Assembly: GCA_965153355.1 (NCBI GenBank)
Contig: OZ231126.1
Span: 1,674,001-1,738,000, forward strand
Length of the DNA: 64,000 nt
From: Flaccisagitta enflata
Taxonomy: Eukaryota
Direction of reading: 5' to 3'
Positions 62,766 through 64,000 of the stretch are shown piece by piece. Made by a program: the position numbers and the translations under genes. The number at the start of each line of letters is the position of its first letter. Position 1 is the first letter of the stretch. The notes below the pieces were generated by a model that searched no databases, was not told the origin of the DNA, and saw nothing but the letters and a program-made list of their open reading frames with translations.

Positions 62766-63350
62766 TATATATAAACTTTAGAAAACAGGCCCTAATTGGT
62801 TCTGCAGTGCGACTAAAGAAAAAATAAACAAGGCCGGATACACGGCCATCAGTTGCGGACGGGTGGGTGGGCAGGGGCGGAAATGCGCATTTTTCCACTT
62901 TTCAACTCGTTGACACCGACGGACCGACGGACGGACGGACAAAGGCTCTTATAGAGTTGCGTGTCCGCAACTTAAAACAATTTTCATTCTGATTTTACAT
63001 GGTTTAAATTCAACAAATCAAATTGTTATTTAAAAGCATATTAAAGAGCTTCAAAAAATGAATGACTTGCCACCAGTCCCATTAAATTTGATCAATTCGT
63101 TTGGATTTTATGTTAAAATGAAGACAAATGTATCAAAGCATAAGTGGGAAAACAATAGGTTCTCTTTCATGGTTTTTTTTAGGACAAAATTTGCAAAAGA
63201 TGTTGTAATTTCTAAACGATTTGAGCTAGTAACTCCAGAAACAGCTCAAATGACAGATTTCTTGAAGGGCTTTCTGAATGTCATGGATTTTGATAGGTTT
63301 TTTCTTGATTTAAACCTTTTACAAATGACAAAACAAAGAGCTTTTATAAC

Positions 63351-64000
63351 AAAAATAACTGAACTGACCTGACTCCTTATTGTATCTTTTTATCGAAAAT
63401 CAGACTTAAACACAACCCAAAACAGACCCAAACCAGACTCAAACCAGACTCGAACCAGACTCAAACGAGACTCAAACCAGAATTAAACCAGACCGAAATC
63501 AGACCGAAATCAGACATAAACCAGACATAAACCAGACATAAACCAGACATAAACCAGATGTAAGCCAGACTCAAACCAGACTCAAACCAGACTCAAACAA
63601 GACTCAAACCAGACTCAAACCAGACTCAAACCAGACTCAAACCAGACTTAAACCAGACCGAAACCAGGCTCAAGCCAGGCTCAAACCAGGCTTAAACCCT
63701 AATCAAACCAGACTCAAACCAGACTCAAACCAGACTCAAACCAGAATTAAACCAGACCAAAACCAGACCAAAACCAGACCTAAATCAAATATAAACCAGA
63801 CAAAAACCAGACATAGACTAGACCGAAACCAGACCTAACCCAGCCCTAAACCAGACATAAATCAGACATGAACCAGTCTTGAACCAGACTTAAACCAGAC
63901 TTAAACCAGACGTAAACCAGACTTAAACCAGACTTAAACCAGACTTTAACCAGACTTAAACCATACTTAAACCAGACTTAAACCAGACTTAAACCAGACT
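63351..64000 (-). repeat. Second copy of the AAACCAGACTC-satellite element (runs off window)
   Basis: The unique leader aaaataactgaactgac..tgactccttattgtatcttttt is near-identical to ~57982-58050 and is followed by the same 11-bp array. Confidence 0.85.

Overview
Repeat-dense eukaryotic DNA, probably an invertebrate animal, rich in (AG)n/(AC)n microsatellites, with one 10-N gap at 6870-6879. One host gene is well supported: a two-exon XK-related (XKR) membrane protein on the minus strand. Exon 1 is 61970-61558 and exon 2 is 25476-23916, joined by a phase-compatible GT-AG junction to give about 657 aa ending in an acidic 35-aa tandem-repeat tail. About 31.9 kb of its 36-kb intron looks like a single giant DNA-transposon insertion (29273-61183). 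It has CAC...GTG 13-bp TIRs and a perfect 5-bp TSD (TGGCG), it splits a pogo/Tigger-type MITE in two, and its ends are asymmetric and bipartite, reminiscent of Transib/RAG ends. I found no intact transposase inside it; it holds nested elements and exon-like fragments I cannot identify. The rest is nested non-autonomous elements: a 4-kb foldback/MULE with 9-bp TSD, other MULE/hAT/Tc1-mariner-like MITEs, many DINE-1-like Helentron-associated elements (some with satellite arrays), a restriction-like-endonuclease LINE 3' fragment, and a short Penelope-like inverted insertion. Most ORFs in the track are microsatellite artefacts. All family assignments come from motif recognition by eye, not database searches.
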